Assembly: GCA_965263035.1 (NCBI GenBank)
Contig: OZ253580.1
Location: 1,472,001 to 1,536,000, forward strand
Length of the DNA stretch: 64,000 nucleotides
Origin: Acidobacteriota bacterium
GTDB taxonomy: Bacteria > Acidobacteriota > UBA6911 > RPQK01 > JAJDTT01
Reading direction: 5' to 3'
Positions within the stretch are counted from its first letter, which is position 1; every line of letters begins with the position of its first letter. Positions 38,207 to 49,016 of the stretch are shown here, piece by piece. The translations under genes were made by a program, and so were the position numbers. The notes beneath the pieces were generated by a model. It did not search any database. It worked only from the letters and a program-made list of their open reading frames with translations, and was not told the origin of the DNA.

Positions 38207-39156
38207 CGGCCGGGTGTGCCGGACCCGTCATCCTTCTGAGACTGTCCAATCACCGTCATCGCCGAGGCGATCATGCCGGCCATGTCGGACAGGTTGGAGG
38301 GGATGATCAGGGAATTGTTGGTCCGGGCCAAGTTGCCGAACTCCTTGATGTACTGTTCAGCGACTCGCAGGTTGACCGCATCCTGACCGCCTTTTTCATT
38401 GATGGCGGAGGCGATTTCCCGGATCCCCTTGGCCGTGGCCTCGGCCACCTTCTCGATTTCGGATGCTCGCCCCACCGCTTCGTTGATCCGGCGCTGTTTC
38501 TCCCCTTCCGAGCGTTTGATCAGCTCCTGCTTGGCCCCCTCGGCGACGTTGATCTTCGCTTGTTTTTCACCCTCGGACTGCGCCACTACGGCCCGCTTCT
38601 CGCGCTCGGCCCGCATCTGCTTTTCCATGGCGTCCTTGATGCTCTGCGGCGGGAGGATGTTCTTGACCTCGTAGCGGGTCACCTTCACGCCCCAGGGATC
38701 GGAGGCTATGTCGACCGCATTGACGATCGCCGAGTTGATGGTCTCCCGTTCCTCGAAGGTACGATCCAGCTCCAGCCGGCCGATGACGCTTCTCATGGTG
38801 GTCTGGGCCAGCTGCGTGGACGCGAACTGGTAGTTGTTGATCCCGTAGGAGGCTTTCCCGGGGTCGATCACCTGCAAATAGAGAATGCCGTCCACTTCCA
38901 CCGAGATGTTGTCTTGCGTGATGCAGGTCTGAGGCGGGACGTCCACCGCCTGCTCCTTGAGCGTTTGCCTGTAGGCGACCTTGTCCACGAACGGCGTCAG
39001 GACATGGAACCCGGCCACCAACGTCACCCGGTACTTGCCCAGACGCTCCACGATGAAAGCGGATCTCTGGGGAACGATTCGAATGGTCTTGAAGAACGCG
39101 ATCAGCGCCAACAAGGTCAGGCCGATCAGAACAACGGTGCTAAAGTCCATGGTCAC
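38203..39156 (-). CDS. SPFH/stomatin-like (QmcA/paraslipin) protein
   Basis: [36 protein letters not shown]. Confidence 0.92.
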   Translation of the reverse strand: MTMDFSTVVLIGLTLLALIAFFKTIRIVPQRSAFIVERLGKYRVTLVAGFHVLTPFVDKVAYRQTLKEQAVDVPPQTCITQDNISVEVDGILYLQVIDPGKASYGINNYQFASTQLAQTTMRSVIGRLELDRTFEERETINSAIVNAVDIASDPWGVKVTRYEVKNILPPQSIKDAMEKQMRAEREKRAVVAQSEGEKQAKINVAEGAKQELIKRSEGEKQRRINEAVGRASEIEKVAEATAKGIREIASAINEKGGQDAVNLRVAEQYIKEFGNLARTNNSLIIPSNLSDMAGMIASAMTVIGQSQKDDGSGTPGR

Positions 39157-39183
39157 CTCCCGGCAGACCTGATGCCTGCAAAG

Positions 39184-39636
39184 TCAGATTTTCTTTACGA
39201 TTAACGTCAGATTCCTTTTATTCACGATTTCGACCGCCGCGCCTTCGGGAATCCTCTCACCGGCCTCGGCCTCCCAGGTGGTGCCCCGGAAATCGACGCG
39301 GCCGGCCCGGTCGGACCGTATCTCACGGGCCACCAGCGCGCGCCTGCCCACGAACTCGTCGGACTCGCCGCCGACGGCCGTCGGCTGACGGCGGTTGATC
39401 CTCCCCTTGATCCTGCTTCGGAAGGCCAGGAGCAGTATGACGGACGAGACGACGAACACCCCCAACTGCAGATTCAGGGAGACGTCCACCAGCGTGCAGA
39501 GGAGGGCCACCGACCAGGCGCCCAGAGCGAAGAAGATGAGGACCACTCCAGGACCGGCGAACTCCAGGAGCAGCAGGACGACCCCCAATCCGAACCAGAG
39601 GAGTTGGGGTCTGAGCCATTCCTGAAGAAAATCCAT
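39184..39636 (-). CDS. NfeD-like membrane protein (YbbJ type)
   Basis: TM helices plus OB fold GRVDFRGTTWEA; usual partner of SPFH proteins. Confidence 0.88.
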   Translation of the reverse strand: MDFLQEWLRPQLLWFGLGVVLLLLEFAGPGVVLIFFALGAWSVALLCTLVDVSLNLQLGVFVVSSVILLLAFRSRIKGRINRRQPTAVGGESDEFVGRRALVAREIRSDRAGRVDFRGTTWEAEAGERIPEGAAVEIVNKRNLTLIVKKI

Positions 39637-39794
39637 CTACCCGCCTCCGTTCCGTCCCCGTTCAACTCTACTAGCCTATGGCAAAAGGCATCATCGCATC
39701 CACCCGACAGGTAAGCGCCTCACTTCTTCTTCTCTCTTTCCTCTCTCCTCTTTCCTCTCCCCCTGTATCATGTGGACGCCCACATCGATTCTGC

Positions 39795-40793
<999 letters not shown>

Positions 40794-40794
40794 G

Positions 40795-41856
40795 ATGGAG
40801 TCCGGGACCGGCGCACCGACTCCTCGAGGACTCGGTTTCTTCATGCCTCCCGAGTGGCATCCCCACGAATCCACCTGGCTGGCCTGGCCCAAGAACCGGG
40901 AGACGTGGCCCGGACGCGTGGGGCGAATCCAGTCGCTCTTCCTGGAGATGATGCGGCTGCTGGCATCCGGCGAGAGAATCGATCTGCTGGTGGATCACCG
41001 GGAGCAGGAGGCGGACGTCCGGAGCCGATTGGACGCGGCCACCCGCCGCCGGGTCCGATTCCACCGGATCGCCACCGGGGACGCCTGGATCCGGGACTAT
41101 GGTCCCAACTTCGTGATTCGCGACGACGGCGCACGGGCCACCGGCTTCAACCACTGGCGCTTCAACGCCTGGGGAAGCCGATATCCGGAATTGGCCGTCG
41201 ACGGAGAGGTCCCGAACCGCATGGCCCCGTTCCTGGACATGCCCCGTTTCCGACCCGATCTGGTGTTGGAGGGCGGCGCCATCGACGTGGACGGGAGGGG
41301 CGCCATCCTGGCTTCCGAAACCTGTCTGCTCAACCCCAACCGGAACCCGGGACGGAGCCGGAAAGAGGTGGAAGACTATCTCCGGAACCATTTGGGCGCG
41401 TGCCGGACGATCTGGCTGGGAGACGGGCTGCCGGGTGACGACACGGACGGGCACCTGGACAATCTGGCGCGGTTCGTCCGCCCGGACACCATCGTCTGCG
41501 CGGTGGAAGAGGACACCCGTCATCCGTATCACCGGAAATCAGAGGACAACCGGCGGCGCCTGACCCTGGCCCGGCGGCCGGACGGACGCCGCTACCGGAT
41601 CCTCACCCTGCCGCTGCCCTCTCCTCTGGAGACTGGCCTCGGCGACCTCCCGGCTTCCTACCTGAACTTCTACATCGCCAACCGGTGGGTTCTCGTCCCC
41701 GCGTTCGGATGTCCCCAGGATGAAACAGCCCGGAAGACCTTGCAGGAATTGTTCCCACGACGCCGGGCCGTCAGCCTGAATTGCCGGGACCTGATCCGCG
41801 GACTGGGGGGCATCCACTGCGTCACGCTGCAACAACCCCGGGTCGTCAGGTGTTGA
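40795..41856 (+). CDS. aguA: Agmatine deiminase
   Basis: MPPEWHPH, DAWIRDYGP, LEGGAIDVDG, DTDGHLD, SYLNFY, GGIHCVTLQQP. Confidence 0.92.
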   Translation: MESGTGAPTPRGLGFFMPPEWHPHESTWLAWPKNRETWPGRVGRIQSLFLEMMRLLASGERIDLLVDHREQEADVRSRLDAATRRRVRFHRIATGDAWIRDYGPNFVIRDDGARATGFNHWRFNAWGSRYPELAVDGEVPNRMAPFLDMPRFRPDLVLEGGAIDVDGRGAILASETCLLNPNRNPGRSRKEVEDYLRNHLGACRTIWLGDGLPGDDTDGHLDNLARFVRPDTIVCAVEEDTRHPYHRKSEDNRRRLTLARRPDGRRYRILTLPLPSPLETGLGDLPASYLNFYIANRWVLVPAFGCPQDETARKTLQELFPRRRAVSLNCRDLIRGLGGIHCVTLQQPRVVRC

Positions 41857-41924
41857 GGAAACGTTCGTCAGAAGCGGTGGTCACAATCCTGCGCGATCAA
41901 CACGCCCCCGGCGGGAAATGCGAG

Positions 41925-42374
41925 CTATCGGCTCACCTCCGTCCACGGATTCACCGTGATGACGCCGCTGTTGCGAAAATCCCGCTGGTTTCGGGTGACG
42001 ATGGACAAACCGTGGCGGATCGCCGTTCCCACCAGCATGGCGTCGGGAAGATGACTATCGAGCGGCTCGCCCCGCCGCCGTTTGGATTCCATGATACGAG
42101 CACAAGCCCGGGCATCGGCGGCCGTCCAATCGAACACCCGATCATGGAAAAGGCTGTCCAGAATGCCTTCAAACCGCCGGAAAAGATCCTCCCGACGCCC
42201 GCCAGGCTCGATCTGACCGATTCCATTGAGAATCTCCCAGACGGTGACGGACGCAAGACCCATCCCTTGACCGGCGATGCTGTCGAGAAATATTTCGACG
42301 CGCGGCTCCGGGTGCGGTCGCATCATTTCCGACACGATGTTCGTGTCGAGAATCCAGACAATGGATGCTTTCAC
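41925..42374 (-). CDS. vapC: VapC/FitB PIN-domain toxin
   Basis: ILDTNIVSE, DAMLVGTA, IVTRNQRDF, NPW. Confidence 0.9.
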   Translation of the reverse strand: MKASIVWILDTNIVSEMMRPHPEPRVEIFLDSIAGQGMGLASVTVWEILNGIGQIEPGGRREDLFRRFEGILDSLFHDRVFDWTAADARACARIMESKRRRGEPLDSHLPDAMLVGTAIRHGLSIVTRNQRDFRNSGVITVNPWTEVSR

Positions 42375-42628
42375 GCTTCTTCCTCTTCGGCGAACACGAC
42401 CGGCCGGTATCCATAACGGTCCGGCGGCGGCAGATCGATTCCGTGCTCCGGCCCGAAAAACCGCTTGAATACCTCGGACGGCTTGGTGCGCCGTTCGGCC
42501 CTCTCCCGTTTTTCGCGGATGAGCCGGCGGACGAACTCTTCCATGGAGACGCCGGTATCCCGTGCTTCTCGTTTGAGCCAGGATTTGTCCCCGGGATCGA
42601 TACCACGGACGGTGATAACGGAACTCAT
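42371..42628 (-). CDS. FitA-like ribbon-helix-helix antitoxin
   Basis: ITVRGID..LKREA..GVSMEEFVRRLI; 4-bp overlap with the toxin gene. Confidence 0.82.
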   Translation of the reverse strand: MSSVITVRGIDPGDKSWLKREARDTGVSMEEFVRRLIREKRERAERRTKPSEVFKRFFGPEHGIDLPPPDRYGYRPVVFAEEEEA

Positions 42629-42766
42629 CGCGGTATTTCCCTCCGTATCGTGTTCTTGACTCCGTGAGCCAGACCCTACGCTAGCACAAACTGCTGTCAG
42701 AGCTGGGGCGAGTCTGGCCCTTGTTCGTACGAACGTCGAGACGGAGGTAACTGTGGAGAAAATGGG

Positions 42767-43060
42767 CTACTCGCCGCGGATTTTGCGGATCTCCCGCTCC
42801 CTCTGGCGATTCAGGCGGGCTTTGTCCCGGGAAAGCTGCTGGTTCAGTTCCTGGACCTTGTCCATGGCCCCCGTCTGGGCGGCCGCGAAAATCTGAGCCT
42901 GCTTGTGGATCTCGGCCTCGGCGATGCGAGCCTGATATTTGCTTCGGACCTGGGCGATGGCTTCCTTTTGCTCATCGTTCAGGCTGACGACCGAGTATTC
43001 CTCCTGAGCCTCCAGCTTCTCGAGAGCCAGTTCCCATGCAGACTTCAACTCGCCCGGCAT
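42767..43060 (-). CDS. Small helical hypothetical protein
   Basis: LKSAWELALEKL N-terminus, coiled-coil composition; follows ilvB. Confidence 0.7.
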   Translation of the reverse strand: MPGELKSAWELALEKLEAQEEYSVVSLNDEQKEAIAQVRSKYQARIAEAEIHKQAQIFAAAQTGAMDKVQELNQQLSRDKARLNRQREREIRKIRGE

Positions 43061-43084
43061 CGATAGATCCTTTCCAACTCGGCG

Positions 43085-44842
43085 CTACAACTCGTCGTAG
43101 ATGGTATCGGCGAAGGTGTGTCCCGACGGAATCATGGGCAGGACGTGCTCGGTAAAGGGGATCACGACGTCCAGGACGTAGGCGGTCTCGCTGGCCAGCA
43201 TCTCGTCCAGGGCGTCCGACACCTCTTCCCGCCTGGTGATGCGGCGGCCCGGGATTCCGAACCCTTCGGCCAGACGGACGAAGTCGGGATAGATGTTCTT
43301 CGGATCCCTCGGATCGCCGATGAAGGTGTGGCCCCGATTGCTGGCGTAGAAGCGGTCCTCCCACTGGACCACCATACCCAGATGCTGGTTGTTCAGGATC
43401 AGGGCCTTGACGGCGATTTCCTCGGCATAGGCGGTCGCCAGCTCCTGGATGTTCATGACGAAGCTTCCGTCTCCGTCCACGTCGATGACCTGCCAGTCGG
43501 GACGACCCAGCTTCGCGCCCACGGCCGCCGGAAAGCCGAAACCCATGGCCCCCAGACCAGCCGAAGTCAGCAGGGTGCGCGGATAGACGAACTTGAAATA
43601 CTGCGCCGCCCACATCTGATGCTGGCCCACCCCGGTGGTCAGAATGGCCTTCCCGCGAGTCTTCCGGGAAAGCAGGTCCAAGACGTACTGGGGCATGATC
43701 TGATCCCCGTCCTGACGGTAGCGGAAGGGCTTGGACCGCTTCACCTCCATCAAGTTCCAAAGCCAACCGGAGTAGTCCGCCTTACCCAGGTCCATCTGGT
43801 TGAGACGCCGCAAGAGGTCGTGGACGTCCCCGGTCACCGGCACCTGGGCCGGCTTGATCTTGTTGATCTCCGAGGAATCGATGTCCACGTGGACGATGGT
43901 GCCGTGCTTGGCGAATTCCTCGGCCTTTCCGGTGACGCGGTCATCGAAGCGAACTCCGAAGGCCAAAAGCAGATCGGCGTTGTTGACCGCGTAGTTGGCG
44001 TAGACGGCGCCATGCATGCCCAGCATGTCGAAGCAGAGAGGATGGCCAGCCGGGAAACTGCCCAGACCCAGGACCGTCATGACCGCGGGGATTCCCGTCT
44101 TCTCGACGAAGCGCCGCAGTTCCGCGGAGGCATTGGAACAGATGATCCCGTTGCCGGCATAGATGATGGGCCTCCTGGACCGGCGAATAGCTCGCGCGAT
44201 CTGGCCCAATTCCCGGTCCCTGGCCTTGATCTCCGGACGATAGCTTCGAAGGTCCACAAGAGACGGCCACTTGGGCTTGGCGCGAGACTGCTGGACGTCC
44301 TTCGGGATGTCGATCAGCACCGGACCGGGCCGTCCGCTGGAGGCCACGTAGAACGCTTCCTTGACGATGCGCGGCAAGTCGGAGACGTGCTGGACCAGAT
44401 AGTTGTGCTTGGTGATGGGGCGGGTGATCCCGACGATGTCCGTCTCCTGGAAGGCGTCCTTCCCGATCATGGTCTGGGGCACCTGTCCGGTGACGGCCAC
44501 GATGGGGACCGAGTCCATCTTGGCGTCGGCGATTCCCGTCACCAGATTGGTGGCTCCGGGACCGGACGTTGCCAGGGCCACACCCACCCTTCCCGTGGCC
44601 TTGGCATACCCTTCCGCCATGAAAATGCCGCCCTGCTCATGCCGGGGAAGGATGACCCGGATCTTGTCCTGGACTCCGAAGCGCGTCAGAGCCTGATGAA
44701 TTTCCATCGAGGCTCCGCCCGGATATCCGAAGATCACCTCTACGTTCTCCCGCACCAGAGCTTCGGCCAGGATATCGGACCCCTGGAGTTCTTGAACTCG
44801 GGAGGGGACGCTACGGGAGACACTTGAGGAAGCCATGACCAT
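43085..44842 (-). CDS. ilvB: Acetolactate synthase large subunit
   Basis: FGYPGG, RHEQ, TSGPGATN, RFDDRVTG, GQHQMW, DGDGSF..NN. Confidence 0.96.
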   Translation of the reverse strand: MVMASSSVSRSVPSRVQELQGSDILAEALVRENVEVIFGYPGGASMEIHQALTRFGVQDKIRVILPRHEQGGIFMAEGYAKATGRVGVALATSGPGATNLVTGIADAKMDSVPIVAVTGQVPQTMIGKDAFQETDIVGITRPITKHNYLVQHVSDLPRIVKEAFYVASSGRPGPVLIDIPKDVQQSRAKPKWPSLVDLRSYRPEIKARDRELGQIARAIRRSRRPIIYAGNGIICSNASAELRRFVEKTGIPAVMTVLGLGSFPAGHPLCFDMLGMHGAVYANYAVNNADLLLAFGVRFDDRVTGKAEEFAKHGTIVHVDIDSSEINKIKPAQVPVTGDVHDLLRRLNQMDLGKADYSGWLWNLMEVKRSKPFRYRQDGDQIMPQYVLDLLSRKTRGKAILTTGVGQHQMWAAQYFKFVYPRTLLTSAGLGAMGFGFPAAVGAKLGRPDWQVIDVDGDGSFVMNIQELATAYAEEIAVKALILNNQHLGMVVQWEDRFYASNRGHTFIGDPRDPKNIYPDFVRLAEGFGIPGRRITRREEVSDALDEMLASETAYVLDVVIPFTEHVLPMIPSGHTFADTIYDEL

Positions 44843-44972
44843 GTAACCTGTCAGCTGTTCCGATTTCAGGAAATTCCCATCGTCACCGGACGAATCCCGA
44901 ATTCTATCGCCAATTTCAGCGGGGGCGCAACTTGGCGGGAATCCGGGATCGGCAATCGGGGACTGCGCTTAG

Positions 44973-45132
44973 CAGTCCGTAGCGAAAGTCCCGCGAGCAC
45001 CGAGACCGTTCCTGCGCCCGCCGGACCAGGCGCAACGGAGGGAGCATACCGGGAGTATGTGAGCCGATAGCAACGCAGTCCGCGCACGATGCAGGGACGG
45101 TTGAATGCCGTGACGACTTTTGCTACGGGCTG
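44973..45132. mobile_element. MITE-like repeat family B, copy 3
   Basis: Homologous to 9007-9167; flanked by TTAG...CTAA. Confidence 0.8.
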
Positions 45133-45214
45133 CTAACGGCTCGGAGTTTGGAATTCAGGTGAGACCCGCCGGCTTGCGAAGCTTCGGAACCGGGTGATAG
45201 AACTGGACTTCGAC

Positions 45215-45973
45215 ATGCGCCTCAAGGACAAGGTCGCCATCATCACCGGGGCCGCAGCCGGAATCGGAGAGGCCTCCTCCCGTCTTTTTGCCGCCGAGGG
45301 AGCCACGGTCGTGGCGCTGGACCGCGACTCGGCAGGACTGGACCGGGTGGTGGGCGAGATTCGGGATCAGGGATTCGCCTGCCACGGCCTTGGTGTCGAC
45401 GTGACCTCCTCATCCCGGTGCCGGGAAGCCTTGGAGTGGACGGCTCGGGAGTTGGGGCGGATCGACATCCTGTTCAACAACGCGGGCGTCGTGCACCAAG
45501 GGACGCTGCTGGAGGCTTCGGAGGAGGACTGGGACCGGGCCCTGGACATCAATCTCAAGAGCATGTTCCGGACCTGCCGCCATGCGCTCCCCGTGATGCT
45601 GCGGCAAGGCTCGGGGAACATCATCAACACCGCCTCCGCAGCCGGCTTTTCCGGAGTCGCGAAACGGGGCGTCTACTCGGTCTCCAAAGCGGCGGTGGTG
45701 GGCCTGACCAAGAGCTTGGCCATCGATTTCGTCGGCGACGGAATACGCGCCAACTGCATCTGTCCGGCTACTGTGGACACCCCCTCTCTCCAGTCCCGGA
45801 TCAACACGGCGGCGGACCCTGAACAGGCCAGGCGGGATTTCATCGCCCGACAGCCCATGGGCCGCCTCTGTCAGGCCGAGGAGATTGCGGCCCTGGCACT
45901 CTATCTGGCCTCCGACGAGTCGGTCTTCATGACCGGCCAAGCGATAGTCATCGACGGAGCCATGACCCTCTAG
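45215..45973 (+). CDS. SDR family oxidoreductase
   Basis: TGAAAGIG, NNAG, YSVSK. Confidence 0.92.
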   Translation: MRLKDKVAIITGAAAGIGEASSRLFAAEGATVVALDRDSAGLDRVVGEIRDQGFACHGLGVDVTSSSRCREALEWTARELGRIDILFNNAGVVHQGTLLEASEEDWDRALDINLKSMFRTCRHALPVMLRQGSGNIINTASAAGFSGVAKRGVYSVSKAAVVGLTKSLAIDFVGDGIRANCICPATVDTPSLQSRINTAADPEQARRDFIARQPMGRLCQAEEIAALALYLASDESVFMTGQAIVIDGAMTL

Positions 45974-45997
45974 GATCATAGACAAGGAGAGTTCGGC

Positions 45998-48274
45998 ATG
46001 GGCAGAAAAGTTCTGCTGGCTGCAATCTTGGCCGCGGTGCTGGCGGGGATCTTCCTCTGGTCGCCGCTGTCGGATCCGCCGCCCGTCGGAATCGAGCAGC
46101 GGGAACCCTGGACCACTTCGCGGGTCCACGGCACGCCGGATCCGCCCGATCCCTTCACCACGGAGGTCGTGTTCCCGGAGATCCGCTTCGAACAACCTCT
46201 GGAGGTGACGACGGTTCCCGGCACCAACCTCATTGCCGTGGCCGAGCGCTACGGCAAGATCTACGTCTTCGAAAATCGTCCCGGAGCCACCGAGAAGCAT
46301 CTGCTCATGGACGTCGGGAAGACGATCTACGGGCTGGAGTTCCATCCCGAATTCCAGGAGAACCGGTATTTCTTCGTGAGCCAGGTGGACGATCCCGTCA
46401 AGGAATTGCCGGAGGGCAGCCAACTCTCCCGTTACCGTGCGAACCCGGGGCAACCCCTCACCGCTGATCGGGACTCGGAGACGGTCCTCCTCATCTGGCC
46501 TTCAGGCGGCCACAACGGAGGCTGCATCCGGTTCGGTCCGGACGGAAACCTATACCTGGGCACGGGTGATGCGAGCGGCATCGCCGACAGTCTGGTGACC
46601 GGCCAGAATCCCGACGACCTCATGGGATCCATCCTCCGAATCGACGTGGACCGTCCCGATGCCGGGAAAAACTACGGCATCCCGCCGGACAATCCCTACG
46701 TGGGGAGAGAGGAGTTTCGACCGGAGGTCTGGGCCTATGGACTCCGTCAGCCCTGGAAGTTCAGCTTCGATCCGGCCCGCCGTCTCTGGGTCGGTGAGAT
46801 CGGACAGGACCTCTGGGAGATGATCCACATCATCGAGAAGGGAGGAAATTACGGCTGGAGCGTCATGGAGGCGACCCACCCCTTCCGGCCCGATCGCCCC
46901 CTGGGTCCCACGCCCATCCTGGCGCCTCTGGTGGAGCACTCCCACACCGATTTCCGGTCCATCACCGGTGGCTACGTCTACCAGGGAAGCCGCATCGACG
47001 CGCTGGCCGAATCTTATATCTACGGAGATCACGACACCGGCAAGATCTGGTCCCTGGACTACGACGGCACCCGCGTCGAGAATCACCGCCAGTTGGCCGA
47101 CACCCTGCTGCGAATCGTCGCCATCGGTCAGGACCAGCAGAACGAACTGATGTTCCTGGACTTCATCGGCGGCCAGCTCCATCGTCTGATGCCGCGGCCC
47201 GAATCCCCCAGGCAGGTGGCCGATTTTCCCCTGCGGCTGAGCGAGACCGGCTTGTTCACCTCCACGGAGGAAATGACGCCGGCTCCGGGTCTGATCCCCT
47301 ATTCCGTGAACGCGGCGCTGTGGTCGGACCATGCCGCCAAGGAGCGCTACATCGCGCTGCCGGGCCTGTCGCAGATCGAGTACGACACGGTCATCTACCC
47401 GCAACCTGCACCGGGAGTCCCCCCAGGTTGGAAATTTCCCGACGGGACCGTCCTGGTCAAGACCTTCTCCCTGGAAACGGAGAGGGGCAACCCCGAAAGC
47501 CTCAGGCGATTGGAGACGAGGCTCTTGCACCACGAGCGGATTCCCGGAACCGACGAAGTGGGAGCGCAGGTCTGGAAGGGCTACGTCTATGTCTGGAACG
47601 AGGAGCAGACTGACGCCCATCTGTTGGAAAGCGAGGGCCTGGACCGGCCGTTCTCCATTCGGGAGGCGGACGGCGGGACCAGCGAGCAGACGTGGCGGTT
47701 CCCCAGCCGCGCCGAGTGCACGCTCTGCCACACCACGGCCGCCAAGTACGTCCTGGGCGTCAACACCCTGCAGATGAACAAGGACCATGACTACGGCGGA
47801 GTGGTGGCCAACCAGCTTCGGACCTTGGACCATCTGGGGGTCTTCACCAAGCCTCTACCGGTACCGCCGGAGAAGCTGGGCCGGCTGGCCGACTATCAGA
47901 ATCCCGATCTGGAGACCGAACGGCGGGCGCGCTCCTACCTTCACGCCAACTGCTCCCACTGTCACGTGAAGTGGGGAGGCGGCAACGCCGATTTCCAGTT
48001 GATCGGCTCCATGCCGCTGGAACAGACCGGCATCGTCGACACCCTGGCCGCCCATGGCAAGTTCGAACTGGACCAGCCCCGGCTGGTGGTGCCGGGGCAC
48101 CCGGACCGCTCCGTCATCCCCCATCGCATGGCCATGCTGGGCCTGGGCCGCATGCCCCATATCGCCTCCAACGTGGTGGATGAAGAGGGAGTCCGGCTGG
48201 TCCGGGAATGGATCCGGAGCCTGCCGGTGCAACAGAGCCGGAACCGGTCCCGGGACGGGAACGGGCCAAGTTAG
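45998..48274 (+). CDS. PQQ-dependent sugar dehydrogenase-like propeller fused to a di-heme cytochrome c domain
   Basis: HNGGCIRFGPDG, GLRQPW, GGNYGW; CTLCH and CSHCH heme motifs. Confidence 0.82.
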   Translation: MGRKVLLAAILAAVLAGIFLWSPLSDPPPVGIEQREPWTTSRVHGTPDPPDPFTTEVVFPEIRFEQPLEVTTVPGTNLIAVAERYGKIYVFENRPGATEKHLLMDVGKTIYGLEFHPEFQENRYFFVSQVDDPVKELPEGSQLSRYRANPGQPLTADRDSETVLLIWPSGGHNGGCIRFGPDGNLYLGTGDASGIADSLVTGQNPDDLMGSILRIDVDRPDAGKNYGIPPDNPYVGREEFRPEVWAYGLRQPWKFSFDPARRLWVGEIGQDLWEMIHIIEKGGNYGWSVMEATHPFRPDRPLGPTPILAPLVEHSHTDFRSITGGYVYQGSRIDALAESYIYGDHDTGKIWSLDYDGTRVENHRQLADTLLRIVAIGQDQQNELMFLDFIGGQLHRLMPRPESPRQVADFPLRLSETGLFTSTEEMTPAPGLIPYSVNAALWSDHAAKERYIALPGLSQIEYDTVIYPQPAPGVPPGWKFPDGTVLVKTFSLETERGNPESLRRLETRLLHHERIPGTDEVGAQVWKGYVYVWNEEQTDAHLLESEGLDRPFSIREADGGTSEQTWRFPSRAECTLCHTTAAKYVLGVNTLQMNKDHDYGGVVANQLRTLDHLGVFTKPLPVPPEKLGRLADYQNPDLETERRARSYLHANCSHCHVKWGGGNADFQLIGSMPLEQTGIVDTLAAHGKFELDQPRLVVPGHPDRSVIPHRMAMLGLGRMPHIASNVVDEEGVRLVREWIRSLPVQQSRNRSRDGNGPS

Positions 48275-48963
48275 CCCCCCGGGTTTCTCAGGTACGAGAG
48301 CAGATCCAGCATCAGTCCGTTGACGGCTCGGTAGTTCTCAGCCGGCGCCTCCAGGAGTTCGCTTTCCGACTGCACGTACCTGGAGGGGGTCAGTTCAGCC
48401 CGGCAGTTGACGACCAGCTTTTCCGCCGCCTCCGGCGTGGTCTCCAAATGGAACTGCATGCCGATGGCGTTTCTACCGATCTGGAAGGCCTGATTCTCAC
48501 AGCCGTCGCTACGTGCCAGGTGCACCGCTCCGGGAGGCAGATCGAAGGTCTCGCCGTGCCAGTGAAACGCCTGGATGGTCTCGGGAAACCGGAAGCGGTC
48601 CGCGCCTCCGCCGATCCCGCGCAGGGGAAACCAGCCGATCTCCTTCAGCTCGTTGGGGTAGACCCGGGCGCCCAGGGCGCTGGCGATGAGCTGTGCGCCG
48701 AGGCAGATGCCCAAGACCGGCTTTCCCGCCTCCAGGGCTCGGCGGATGAACCGCTTCTCCGCAACCAGCCAGGGAAGCTCCTTCTCGTCGTTGACGCTCA
48801 TGGGCCCGCCCATGGCGATGAGGAAGTCGACGTCCTTCAACTGCGGCAGTTCCGCCGATTCGAAGAATCTCGTACAGGTCACGTCGTACCCGGCGGCGAC
48901 CAGCCAGGGCCGGATGCAACCGAGGCCTTCGAAGGGGACGTGCTGAAAGTAGTGGGCGCGCAT
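48271..48963 (-). CDS. Type 1 glutamine amidotransferase
   Basis: MGGPMS, LGICLGAQL, WHGETF, QFHLE. Confidence 0.9.
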   Translation of the reverse strand: MRAHYFQHVPFEGLGCIRPWLVAAGYDVTCTRFFESAELPQLKDVDFLIAMGGPMSVNDEKELPWLVAEKRFIRRALEAGKPVLGICLGAQLIASALGARVYPNELKEIGWFPLRGIGGGADRFRFPETIQAFHWHGETFDLPPGAVHLARSDGCENQAFQIGRNAIGMQFHLETTPEAAEKLVVNCRAELTPSRYVQSESELLEAPAENYRAVNGLMLDLLSYLRNPGG

Positions 48964-49016
48964 GGGATCGACGAATCAGTTTGTATCCGCAACCGTGAGA
49001 GCAGGCAAGTTGAGGA

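Noticed and set aside
44937-44964. Degenerate heptamer run GGGAATC-CGGGATC-GGCAATC-GGGGACT beside MITE-B copy 3
   Set aside because: Only four imperfect units; too short to assign a function.
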